Positions 20,701-25,722 of a DNA stretch of 40,659 bases are shown one piece after another. The first letter of the stretch is position 1. Each line of letters begins with the position of its first letter. Source of the stretch: Flavipsychrobacter sp. (GTDB lineage: Bacteria; Bacteroidota; Bacteroidia; Chitinophagales; Chitinophagaceae); assembly GCA_044348585.1 (NCBI GenBank), contig JBIKSN010000001.1, positions 1-40,659 of the forward strand, in the 5' to 3' direction. Below the pieces are notes generated by a model, which was not told the DNA's origin, did no database searches, and saw only the letters and a program-made list of their open reading frames with translations. A program made the translations under genes and the position numbers.

Positions 20701-21413
20701 CAACTGCAATTGGCGGAACACTTTCTGTTTGTGCAGGATCGTCAACTACGCTTACATCGTCGCCATCAGGAGGTACATGGACCAGCAGCAACACAGGTGT
20801 TGCGCTTATGAACCTGACTACCGGTGCCATGGTTGGAGTTTCCGCGGGTACTATCACTGTAACATATCGGGGCACTAACCTTTGTATAAGGACGGCTGAA
20901 GGAACGGTGAATGCGCTTCCACCTACAATCGGAGGAACGCTCACTGCGTCAGTTACCGGTACAAGTACGCTCACCAACGCAACACCGGGAGGTACATGGA
21001 CGAGCAGTAATATCACAAAAGCTACCGTTGATAATATGACAGGTGTAGTGACGGGTGTTGCCGTGGGTACTTCCGTGATCAGTTATACGTTGCCAACAGG
21101 TTGTGTAAGAGCTGCTACGTTCTCTGTAACCGCGTCTAAGCCGGGCGGTACTGTGTACTTCTCTAACAACGACAACAAAGTGATCTTCTCAGTATTCCCT
21201 AACCCGACCAAGGGTGCGTTTACTATAGAAGCTCCGACAGCGGGTACATTCTCTGTGTTCACATTAGATGGCAAACTTGTAAGCGAGTATAAAGTGAATT
21301 CACAGACCACTAATGTGAGTCTGCCTGCTGATCTGGCATATGGCGTGTACATGTGTCGCTTCGATCAGGAGGATGGAGAAAGCACTATCGTAAGGCTGTG
21401 GTACCAACCATAG
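8760..21413 (+). CDS. Giant (4217 aa) T9SS-secreted surface protein / putative adhesin: beta-solenoid repeats, 21 Big_2-like Ig repeats and a T9SS type A CTD
   Basis: Signal peptide MKRLLLFVVLVCLSAVAMS|Q; T/G/N-rich repeats (V.GNWTNNGTF, VTAPSTTLKVAGNF); GGTWSSSN..VATV...TGVVTGV..GT.TITY repeats; C-terminal FSVFPNPTKG...DGK...L..GVY. Confidence 0.92.
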   Translation: MKRLLLFVVLVCLSAVAMSQPYYSKAGGDLDQLSTWGDQTDGSGASPADFTTAGVTYIITNRATATLGAAWAVSGVGSKVQVGDGVTSVNFTVPATFAFTGTVEVTSTGTLTLNNASIPTFGTLDAASTVVFSAGAIQSIPGGTYGNLTVSTTTFAKSFAGAVTVAGNLTASSTGTGSITMFAGTNNVTGNLSFTATSTGDFFTSAALNIGGNLSVTSGNAGGTFTLGGNLDVNGNVTLAATANASSWFVPGGFQINVAGNWTVTSSSNTPTALLSTASPSTVIFDGTGPQTISKTAGTALTANFYHFQNSNSGGTVTVAISPSVTTTTLAGNFTNDLGATFACAGANPINVAGNWTNNGIFTRGTSTVTINNAAGTVNLSGNMTGTSAFHNLTVTGAGTRDFAANNAEVANVLTISAGTFTAPSTTLSIGSNMVKPVAGTFNANGGTVQFTGSTAQTLPASAITFHNLDIAKTANTLTATTASTVTVNNTLTVASTASLNMSTSQLLGAFTPTMSGNLLTQCTVNPAIPTGQTWGGTVIFNATTLAQVVSAGTYNNLTVSTTSGEKTFTGDVTVSGTLATSSTGAGSITFFGGTTNVGTFTSTLTSTGDVKTAGPMNVTGNFSHSSSLAGGVTQLGGNLDVNGNITLSNSINAANPNTFDPNGFQINAGGNWRVTSTTAAAVTILDPTSNSTVIFDGSGTQQIEKGTGTALTANFRNLQISNTANAVTVLTTTVTPTTVAGNLTIDALANLSKATNTLTVTGNVLINGTLTTSGANTTNVAGDWTNNGTFTCGTGTVVFNGGGSQTLNGTMTGSTGQFYALQFNNGAGTWSFGANSADVTNNMTITAGTVTAPSTTLKVAGNFVNTAGTFNDNGGTVELNGTTVQAIPTTATTFNNLNISNSSATVTANANLTVNGTLTTSASANLNMVTFQLLGTVTPAHSGTLQTQCTVNPPIPVAKTWGGQVTYSGGNMNISQGNYNNLTISGTTGTRAFTAGTTSVAGNFSLSTTTGVTTLAGDLDVNGNITLTETGNTNNILDPAGSNINVGGNWLVSSSGTSTTLLNAASSSLVTFDGTGTQTINRTAGASLVPNFFNFRNSNTSSNPLNIIYNMTISGDVTNDASAILTIGTNTVNMGGNWTNNGTFTANASTVNFNSGVAGKTLTGNMTGSDKFNNLIFNGAGTWTFGSASADVGGNFTITTGTVTAPSTTLKVAGNFVYTAGTFNNNGGTVELNGTIAQAFPTTATTFNNLNVSNTSATVTANATLTVNGTLTTAASANLNMSTFQLLGTVTPAHSGTLQTQCAVNPPIPLAKTWGGLVSYSGGNMNISQGNYNNLTISGTTGSRTFTAGTTSVAGNFSLSTTTGITTLAGDLDVNGNVTLAETGNNNSILNPAGFNINVGGDWTVSSTGTSTALMNVVSTSLVTFDGTGTQTITRTSGSALVPNFFNFRNSNTSSNPLGIVYNMTISGDVTNDASAILTIGTNTVTVGGNWTNNGTFTANASTVNLTSGVAGKTLTGNMTGANKFNNITFNGAGTWTFGANSADVAGNFRITTGTVTAPSTTLKVGGDFIHTAGTFTHNSGTVELNGTGAQAIPTSATTFNILNLNNTGGTISLNAATTVNQDFIIPASNTLSGGSATLTLVGNYTNNGTFTAGAGTVAFTAADAGNTLDGSMTGSNKFNNITFNNAVGTWTFGANSADVGGNFTITTGIVVAPSTTLKVGGNFVHTAGTFTHNSGTVELNGTGAQAIPTTATTFNTLTLNNTGGTITLNAATSVLQDFTIPASNTLACGAQTLNLAGNYENNGTFTANTGTVVFNATSTGKTLTGAMTGANRFFNVNFNSATGGWDCANNSIDVGGVFSVTATAVAGVKAPSTTLKVAGNFVRGAGGTFDANGGTVEFNGTAAQTFPGAAVTFNNVSISNVTNTVTATVATTINGTLTTLGASVLNMSTFQLLGTTDGTGNAGILSTANTTNPTIPTGRTWGGLVRYVGGNQTVAQGAYNNLSLIGTTNTRAFTAGATTVAGTFSVSTTSGIISLAAGGTGALDVNGDFVLAQTGTNTNSIFNPNGNTINVGGNWTVTTSSATTTGLFNAGAASTVILDGTGVQTVSKTAGAALSPNFYGLQVANTSNPVAFSNSTNIANNLQVAASATVSPTTETVQFNPSAAAGTISGSGTILVNRTTATADYSTQYRFSTNTLGSLTVNYSGAGAQNVNSFTYGTLRTSGSGTKTAQGNVTVNNALDVTGVTVLDMGSANRLIAGTAPTYTVNGTLLTSVPTATSSSPIPSGATWNGSGTVEYGVLTGAQTVVSGTYNSLMLDNTSGVNVAGGDISVGGTITLGKLSLGTANLILADGASVSGASASNYVVTGGTGNVRKVFSANGTFSYPVGDATNFTPISINMSGSGYSSAYTEARVNNSKHPANASSTDYLNRFWTVGTSGITAQSYTATATYVGGDISGTEGNIDAATYGGSLPWTMFDPIGSNTLTAPGISGTSIAISGVSNVPPSVSVSPASATICNGGTEPLAATPTGDAPFTYSWSPSTGLSATTGASVNASPVNTGTATATVVYTVTMTDGNGNTATNTTTINVNPQEPITGTLSVCEGSNVTLTPTTPGGNWTSATPAVGTINSVTGVFQGIDQGTTAVTYTLPSACFSTVTMTVNNMPAAIGGTLTVCKNATTALTNAEAGGTWSTSNAAIATVGSASGVVTGVDAGTATITYTLPGNCFVTAEVTVNALPVITGITTICNSTSNTLSATPIGGAWTSSDVVVATVGGGTGVVSGLTAGTANISYTDLNTCVNSIQVTVTPTLANIGGISGICEGLTTTLTHAIAGGTWSSANASLATIDANTGLLTAVSEGLVNITYTLGTGCFKVKSFAVQHQPEPITGNLTMCESSYTVLYSTVGGSGTWTSSDVGVATANVTTGMITSVSQGTATITYRIPTSGCEVTAEVTVNPLPAAIAGGNTFCQGSVENYTSATPGGAWVSSNTGVGTINSATGAATGVSAGVTTISYTLPTGCRVTKSVTVNNMPAAITGTLGICSGGTSALASGTPGGVWSSSTPAVGTISVGGVVTAIGVGNTTINYTMGTGCLRSVEVTVNTTPGANTGTAEVCIGSTTTLANATVGGTWTSSDITKATVGAATGIVTGVATGTSNITYSLAGGGCFAVTEVTVNAAATSITGTAEACVGLTSTLGHATPGGVWSTANPAIATVNAATGEVTAVSAGYVTITYMATPTCGTTISFHSKALPAAITGNLIACVGTSSALANATAEGTWSSSNTGVAVINATTGMMTGVSVGNATITYLLGSGCQITAQATINAAPAAITGPSSVCFDAVTTVNCTPGGGTWSSSNVAAATINSSTGEVTGVAPGTTILTYTHAVSGCLSTRVQTVGATPASITGALTICATSTSTLANATAGGTWSSSNLAVGTVGSATGIVRGISSGTTTITYHQSGGCFVTTEATVNTSITANTGDNNLCVAGSTALANVTGGGTWSSSTIIKATVGSLTGIVTGVASGTAVISYRVTPSCYATSVVTVAASPAAIGGSAYVCIDADITLTHAVPGGTWSSSNPTKGSIDAVTGVLRGIASGSTVVTYVPSNGCFVTKTINIANNPPAISGTMGICVGGSSALTCVIGGSATWSSSNPAVGTIGLTSGMLTGLTSGTTTITYRLNTTGCYSVREATVNPLPAAISGSNTICVGSSTTYTNATGGGTWTSSNSSIANIGSASGIAAAGTAGVATIFYTLSTGCRSTKVITVNTLPAAITGTTNFCVGGVGVLASSTGGGVWTSDNVAASVAGSGTVTATGVGASVISYTVPSGCARTATVNVAAALAANTGNDVICVGGTTTLANATPGGTWASSVPAKATVGLSTGIVTGASAGTSNITYKASGVGCTAITQVTVNAAIASITGTTNVCVSDNTTLSHAVPGGTWSSSNTGLATVDNMTGVVTGVAAGAPTITYTASPGCTKTAVVTVKALPTAIGGTLSVCAGSSTTLTSSPSGGTWTSSNTGVALMNLTTGAMVGVSAGTITVTYRGTNLCIRTAEGTVNALPPTIGGTLTASVTGTSTLTNATPGGTWTSSNITKATVDNMTGVVTGVAVGTSVISYTLPTGCVRAATFSVTASKPGGTVYFSNNDNKVIFSVFPNPTKGAFTIEAPTAGTFSVFTLDGKLVSEYKVNSQTTNVSLPADLAYGVYMCRFDQEDGESTIVRLWYQP
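11250..13367 (+). repeat. Two tandem intragenic 1059-nt (353-aa) blocks
   Basis: The Trp codon of TW(S/T)FG falls at 11250, 12309 and 13368, exactly 1059 nt apart, with colinear near-identical protein between them. Confidence 0.9.
13368..14297 (+). repeat. Two tandem intragenic 465-nt (155-aa) blocks
   Basis: The same Trp anchor falls at 13368, 13833 and 14298. Both blocks contain HTAGTFTHNSGTVELNGTGAQAIPT and LNNTGGTI.LNAAT.V.QDF.IPASNTL. Confidence 0.88.
16527..21134 (+). repeat. 21 tandem ~73-aa Ig-like (Big_2-type) repeats
   Basis: Counted by hand. Consensus is approximately P.aItG...vC.g.t..L...t.GGtWsSsn..vatv...tG.vtgv..Gt..ItY....gC......vtVn. Confidence 0.9.
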
Positions 21414-21438
21414 TTCTACGTGACATTACATAAATAGT

Positions 21439-21474
21439 TCGGGGCCATCTGTAAAGATGGCCCCGACTTGTTTT
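21439..21474. terminator. Intrinsic terminator between the giant gene and the convergent ABC-F gene
   Basis: 12-bp stem TCGGGGCCATCT/AGATGGCCCCGA with a GTAA tetraloop, followed by CTTGTTTT. Confidence 0.85.
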
Positions 21475-21503
21475 ACGATATTCCGGTTTTGAAGATCTGG
21501 CGC

Positions 21504-23462
21504 TTACATGTTCTCCAGCTTCTCTTCCAACTCCATAAGGCTTTCGAAAACACGGTCGTATTCCGCGTTCTTTTCTGCGACACGTCCCGATTGCTTGCGG
21601 TACTCTTCGTCCACTTTCAGGAATTCGGTTTTGTTGGAGTAGAAAGAAGGGTCGGCAAGTTTGGTTTCGAGAGTAGCAACCTCATTCTTCATTTTAGTCA
21701 ACTCGTCCTCTATTTTCTGCAACTGCTTTTGCTGCTTCTGGATCTCTTTTTTCAGGTTGTTCAGCTGCTCGTTGCTTACATTCTGTTTAGGTGCCGGCTT
21801 CTCTTCTTTCTTCTCGGGCTGGGCGGCCTTGACTGTTGCGCCTTGCTGCTGCTCTCGCTTCAGTTTGTCTTTGTGCCAGGTGTCCCACTCGTTGTAATCA
21901 CCGTTGAATTCGTTGATCTTACCGTCTTCGATATTCCAGATCTTATTGGCTGTTTTGCTGATGAAGTAACGATCGTGCGATACAATGATGAGTGTGCCCT
22001 TGTACTTGTTCAGTGCGTCAATGAGCATCTCTACCGATTGCATATCAAGGTGGTTGGTAGGTTCGTCCAACAGCAGGAAGTTGCCCTTGGCGGCTATCAC
22101 CTTGGCCAGAGCCACGCGTGCTTTCTCGCCACCCGACAGTACTTTGATGCGTTTGAATACGTCATCTCCGCTGAATAGGAAGCATCCCAGCAACTGGCGC
22201 AGTTCCAGCTCGGTCTTGCCGCTGCCGCACCGTTTCATTTCTTCAAGTACTTCCAGCTCCACATTCAGTGCCTCTAACTGGTGCTGGGCGTAGAAGCTTT
22301 CTTCGACATTGTGGCCCCACTTACGTTCGCCCTCTATGGATTCCTGACCGGTGATGATGCGGAGTAGGGTAGACTTACCCTTTCCGTTCGCACCGATGAG
22401 AGCTATCTTGTCGCCACGGTTGATCTCGGCATTGGCGTGATCAAGAATGGTGAGGTTACCATAACGTTTGGAGACACCGTTGAGTGTACATATGATCTTA
22501 CCCGGCTGCACTGCCACATCAAAGTTGATGTTCATGACAGGTATCGAGGTGTCCGGGGCTTCGATGACGTCCAGTTTGTCCAGACGTTTGATGGCACTTT
22601 GTGCCGCTGCGGCCTTGGTAGCCTTTGCGCGGAAACGTTCAATAAAGCGCTCCTGCTGGCGGATGTACTCCTGCTGGTTCTCGAAGGCGCGCTGTTGTAT
22701 CTCCATTCGCTCCACCTTCTCGTGCTGGAAGAATGTATAGTTGCCGGAGTACTGTACAAGATCGCGCTGCCACACCTCTACTATCTTGGTGACCATGCGG
22801 TCGAGGAAGTAACGGTCGTGTGAGACGATGACCACACTGCCCGGATAACCCGTGAGGTAGCGCTCCAGCCATTCAATAGACGGAAGATCGAGGTGGTTGG
22901 TAGGTTCGTCGAGCAGCAACAACTCGGGTTGCTGCAGCATCATTTTGGCCAGCAGTACGCGCATACGCCATCCTCCGCTGAACTGATCGTACGGGCGTTG
23001 CAGGTCGGCGGTAGAAAAGCCAAGTCCTTCCAGTACTTCCGCGCTGCGGTGTTCCATTTCGTAGCCGCCTGCCACTTCAAAGTCGTGAAGGGCGTGGCTG
23101 TAGTCGTCGAGCAGCTTGGGGTCATCGGGTTTGGTTTCCAGTTCCTTTATCAGTCGTTCCATCTCTTGCTCCACTTTGTGGGCCTTTTCAAACGCCTGCA
23201 TACCCACCTTCAGGATAGAGTCGTTGGTAGAGAAGGAAAGGAGGTCCTGGTTGAAGAAGCCGAGTGAAACGTCTTTGGGTTTGTTGATCGATCCTTTTTC
23301 TACGGTGTAGGAGCCGGTCATGAGACGGAGCAGGGTACTTTTGCCGGCTCCGTTGTGGCCAACAAGGCCAATACGTTCACCGGTACCTATCTGCCAGCTG
23401 GCATCTTCGAGTATGGCCCGGGCGCCGAAAGAGAACGTAATATTCTGTAATGACATCAACAT
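21504..23462 (-). CDS. ABC-F family ATPase (YheS/Uup-like) with C-terminal coiled coil
   Basis: Two NBDs (GHNGAGKST / FSGGWRMR / LLLDEPTNHLD and GANGKGKST / LSGGEKAR / LLLDEPTNHLD), no TM segments, C-terminal coiled coil ending LADPSFY. Confidence 0.95.
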   Translation of the reverse strand: MLMSLQNITFSFGARAILEDASWQIGTGERIGLVGHNGAGKSTLLRLMTGSYTVEKGSINKPKDVSLGFFNQDLLSFSTNDSILKVGMQAFEKAHKVEQEMERLIKELETKPDDPKLLDDYSHALHDFEVAGGYEMEHRSAEVLEGLGFSTADLQRPYDQFSGGWRMRVLLAKMMLQQPELLLLDEPTNHLDLPSIEWLERYLTGYPGSVVIVSHDRYFLDRMVTKIVEVWQRDLVQYSGNYTFFQHEKVERMEIQQRAFENQQEYIRQQERFIERFRAKATKAAAAQSAIKRLDKLDVIEAPDTSIPVMNINFDVAVQPGKIICTLNGVSKRYGNLTILDHANAEINRGDKIALIGANGKGKSTLLRIITGQESIEGERKWGHNVEESFYAQHQLEALNVELEVLEEMKRCGSGKTELELRQLLGCFLFSGDDVFKRIKVLSGGEKARVALAKVIAAKGNFLLLDEPTNHLDMQSVEMLIDALNKYKGTLIIVSHDRYFISKTANKIWNIEDGKINEFNGDYNEWDTWHKDKLKREQQQGATVKAAQPEKKEEKPAPKQNVSNEQLNNLKKEIQKQQKQLQKIEDELTKMKNEVATLETKLADPSFYSNKTEFLKVDEEYRKQSGRVAEKNAEYDRVFESLMELEEKLENM

Positions 23463-23469
23463 AAGGGTG

Positions 23470-23477
23470 CAAAATTA
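23470..23477 (-). promoter_or_regulatory. -7 box (TAATTTTG) just upstream of the ABC-F start
   Basis: Minus strand reads TAATTTTG-CACCCTT-ATG. Confidence 0.55.
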
Positions 23478-23543
23478 CAGGTGTAGAACGGATTATAGTA
23501 ACTATAGGTGTAAAATCGTCTGTGATTTACGGGGCGGGGTATT

Positions 23544-23551
23544 TATATTTG
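23544..23551 (+). promoter_or_regulatory. Candidate -7 box (TATATTTG)
   Basis: TANNTTTG match 40 nt upstream of ATG 23591. Confidence 0.45.
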
Positions 23552-23590
23552 GTGCACGGTAGCTTTAAACACATACCCAACCGACACTTT

Positions 23591-24373
23591 ATGAAAAATA
23601 TTATTTTGATCCTGGCATTTGCGTGTGCCGGAAAAATACATGCACAGGCTGTTTTGGCCACTCACCTTGGCCGTAACGCTCAACCCGAAAAGCCATTTGT
23701 TAAATTGACCGGCCAGCCACGGTTGTATGTTGACTCTTTGAAGTTCATTTCCGGTAAGAAGCGCGACAAGATATGGGCGGGGGGCAAGGAGTATGATCTG
23801 AAAGAGGTAGCGGGTTATAGCGACGGACGGTACACTTTTATCAAGTACGAGGGTGATTTCCTGAAGCGTAATTATGAAGGTAAGATCAATTCGTATCGGT
23901 TTTATAGAGAGTTTACAACAATGAATGGCTATAGTTCGGGCCCCGGACAGTTTGGCGGGACATCCAATCATTCCGTTCTTAAATTCATACTTGAGGACAG
24001 CGCCACTGGGAAGGTAGCCGAGATGAACTACAGGACACTTCGCGACTGGATACCCAGAAACACACCGGCCGGAAATATCCTTGCCAAGTATAAACGTACC
24101 CGTACCAGAATATCTATTGGTGCCTACACCGGTGCGGCAGTGCTTTTTACCGGACTAGGGGTTCTTGGTGCGTCGGTATTGGCACCGGAGGCCAAGGCGA
24201 AAAGACTGGAAACTACCAGTGTAGCTATGTTAGTGGGTGGCGGTGGCTTGATGCTGGGCTCCTATATTTCTATTCCGTTCAACAGAAAGAGAATGCGTGA
24301 AGCCCTGGCTATTCATAATGGCGTAGATGCTTACGACTATGATGGTGATGCTGACTGGGAAAAAACCTACTAG
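23591..24373 (+). CDS. Hypothetical exported/membrane protein
   Basis: ATG 23591 gives signal peptide MKNIILILAFACAGKIHA|Q; two Gly-rich hydrophobic segments near the C-terminus followed by REALAIHN. Confidence 0.7.
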   Translation: MKNIILILAFACAGKIHAQAVLATHLGRNAQPEKPFVKLTGQPRLYVDSLKFISGKKRDKIWAGGKEYDLKEVAGYSDGRYTFIKYEGDFLKRNYEGKINSYRFYREFTTMNGYSSGPGQFGGTSNHSVLKFILEDSATGKVAEMNYRTLRDWIPRNTPAGNILAKYKRTRTRISIGAYTGAAVLFTGLGVLGASVLAPEAKAKRLETTSVAMLVGGGGLMLGSYISIPFNRKRMREALAIHNGVDAYDYDGDADWEKTY

Positions 24374-24420
24374 CGATTGGTTGATGCCCTACTTCACTGA
24401 AAAAGCCTTGGCGGGTGTGA

Positions 24421-24482
24421 GGTTAATAGGTTAATGGGTTAATAGGTGGATAGGGAAGGGTTTATAGGTAAATGGTAAATAG
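24421..24482. repeat. Degenerate ~8-bp tandem repeat (GGTTAATA-like)
   Basis: ggttaata ggttaatg ggttaata ggtggata gggaaggg tttata ggtaaat ggtaaata. Confidence 0.55.
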
Positions 24483-24493
24483 AGTTTTGGGTT

Positions 24494-24536
24494 TTTAAAC
24501 GGGTCGTGCGGAAAGGCACCACCCGTTTAAATTTTT
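24494..24536. terminator. Hairpin terminator between convergent genes
   Basis: TTTAAACGGGT-C-GTGC/GCAC-C-ACCCGTTTAAA stem followed by T5 on the plus strand. Confidence 0.7.
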
Positions 24537-24954
24537 ATGGCTGCTTTCCGGTGGCGCGTTGCGGGCGGTATATTATAGCAAGCACCAGGGCGATAGAGAA
24601 AAAGATGCTTTCTATGGTGAGCCATTGGGTGCCGAAGGCGCCAAGGCTACCCTCTGCGAAGATGGTCATTATGCGGGAGAAGGCGTAGAAGCCCCAAAGC
24701 ATACAGAGGAACATGAGGCCGTGACGCACATCGCGAACAAGCATATATACTATGCTGATGAACAGGGTGAGCCCGACACCACCATATACTCCTCTTATAG
24801 AACTGAATGCATCGGTGTTGCCGAGATGTACATGGACGAGGTCCATAACGGCCTGAGGGTTGGAGAATGCCATGAGGCTTACTGATAACATGCTTAGGGC
24901 GGAGAGGCCCATGAATATCCGGGCGATGAGCCGGATGGTTTTTTGTTGTTTCAT
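24535..24954 (-). CDS. DUF4345-like small membrane protein
   Basis: ATG 24954 (MKQQKTIRL); four hydrophobic helices with SSIRGVYGG and GFYAFSRI motifs. Confidence 0.7.
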   Translation of the reverse strand: MKQQKTIRLIARIFMGLSALSMLSVSLMAFSNPQAVMDLVHVHLGNTDAFSSIRGVYGGVGLTLFISIVYMLVRDVRHGLMFLCMLWGFYAFSRIMTIFAEGSLGAFGTQWLTIESIFFSIALVLAIIYRPQRATGKQP

Positions 24955-25147
24955 GATCGTTTGTTTTTTGTTGCTGCAAAGATGATATGGGTAAGAGAAC
25001 TGATTCTTGGTAAAAACCATGATTTTCGGAATGTTTGGCGGGCGGGTTTACATGGGGTGGGAAGTGATTTTTTTTAGTGGAAGGTCGGTTTTTTATAATT
25101 GATTGATGATGAGTTGTTTGTGTTTTGTGGCGGAGGTTTGGTTGCAG

Positions 25148-25210
25148 AAAAACTGCGCAAAAATTGCGCACTTGCTTCTCAAAAACTGCGCACTTTTGCG
25201 CACCTGCTTC
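25148..25210. repeat. Tandem ~31-bp direct repeat carrying four TGCGCA palindromes
   Basis: AAAAACTGCGCAAAAATTGCGCACTTGCTTC at 25148-25178 and AAAAACTGCGCACTTTTGCGCACCTGCTTC at 25181-25210. Confidence 0.75.
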
Positions 25211-25486
25211 CCACGTGAGAAGTGAAATAAAATCATCATGTATGGCAATTGCCGCCATTTTTTCCAACTTCTATTCAAGTTACAGAGGGAGGAGAAGACC
25301 GGCAAAAGAAAGTTTTATGATAGTGCGTTTTCTGTAGTGTCATAGAAATCTGTCGCCAGCGAAGGAGAGGGTGAGGATTTTTTGTCTGAACCCGCCTGCG
25401 GCAGGCAGGTCACGGAAAAAACGGATTAAGAGATTTCACGGACTCTGTTTCTGAACGATGGTTTTAGGGTACATAGTTCATCAGGT

Positions 25487-25545
25487 GTTCAGAGAATGGG
25501 TCTCATTAGCAGTTCCGGATGCGCTGCGCTAACATCCGGAACAAC
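25487..25545. repeat. 59-bp REP-like hairpin repeat, copy 1
   Basis: GTTCAGAGAATGGGTCTCATTAGCA-GTTCCGGATG-CGCTGCGCTAA-CATCCGGAAC-AAC. Confidence 0.85.
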
Positions 25546-25722
25546 CTTGGGTCACGAGGGGGGCACAAAGGGCACAAGCGAGTTTGTCAGAACTATGATT
25601 TTTAGGATGGGTAGATGATAGGATGCGAGAGCTTTCGTTTGGTGCGGAGGTATTCGCCTAGATAAGGGAAGAGCGAGTAAGAATAGCAGAGGGGGACCAT
25701 CGGGCGATATCAAGATGAAGAC

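Noticed and set aside
8927-21352. Dozens of V/P/A-rich ORFs antisense to the giant gene
   Set aside because: Shadow frames produced by the Thr/Gly/Asn/Ala codon bias of the sense gene; no independent coding features.
8760-21413. Diversity-generating retroelement or phase-variable cassette acting on the giant gene
   Set aside because: No reverse transcriptase or recombinase in the window. Differences between repeats are mostly synonymous and not adenine-specific.
24647-25337. ORFs of 206, 70 and 70 aa across the intergenic region
   Set aside because: They overlap the DUF4345-like gene or the TGCGCA repeat array and lack protein-like features.
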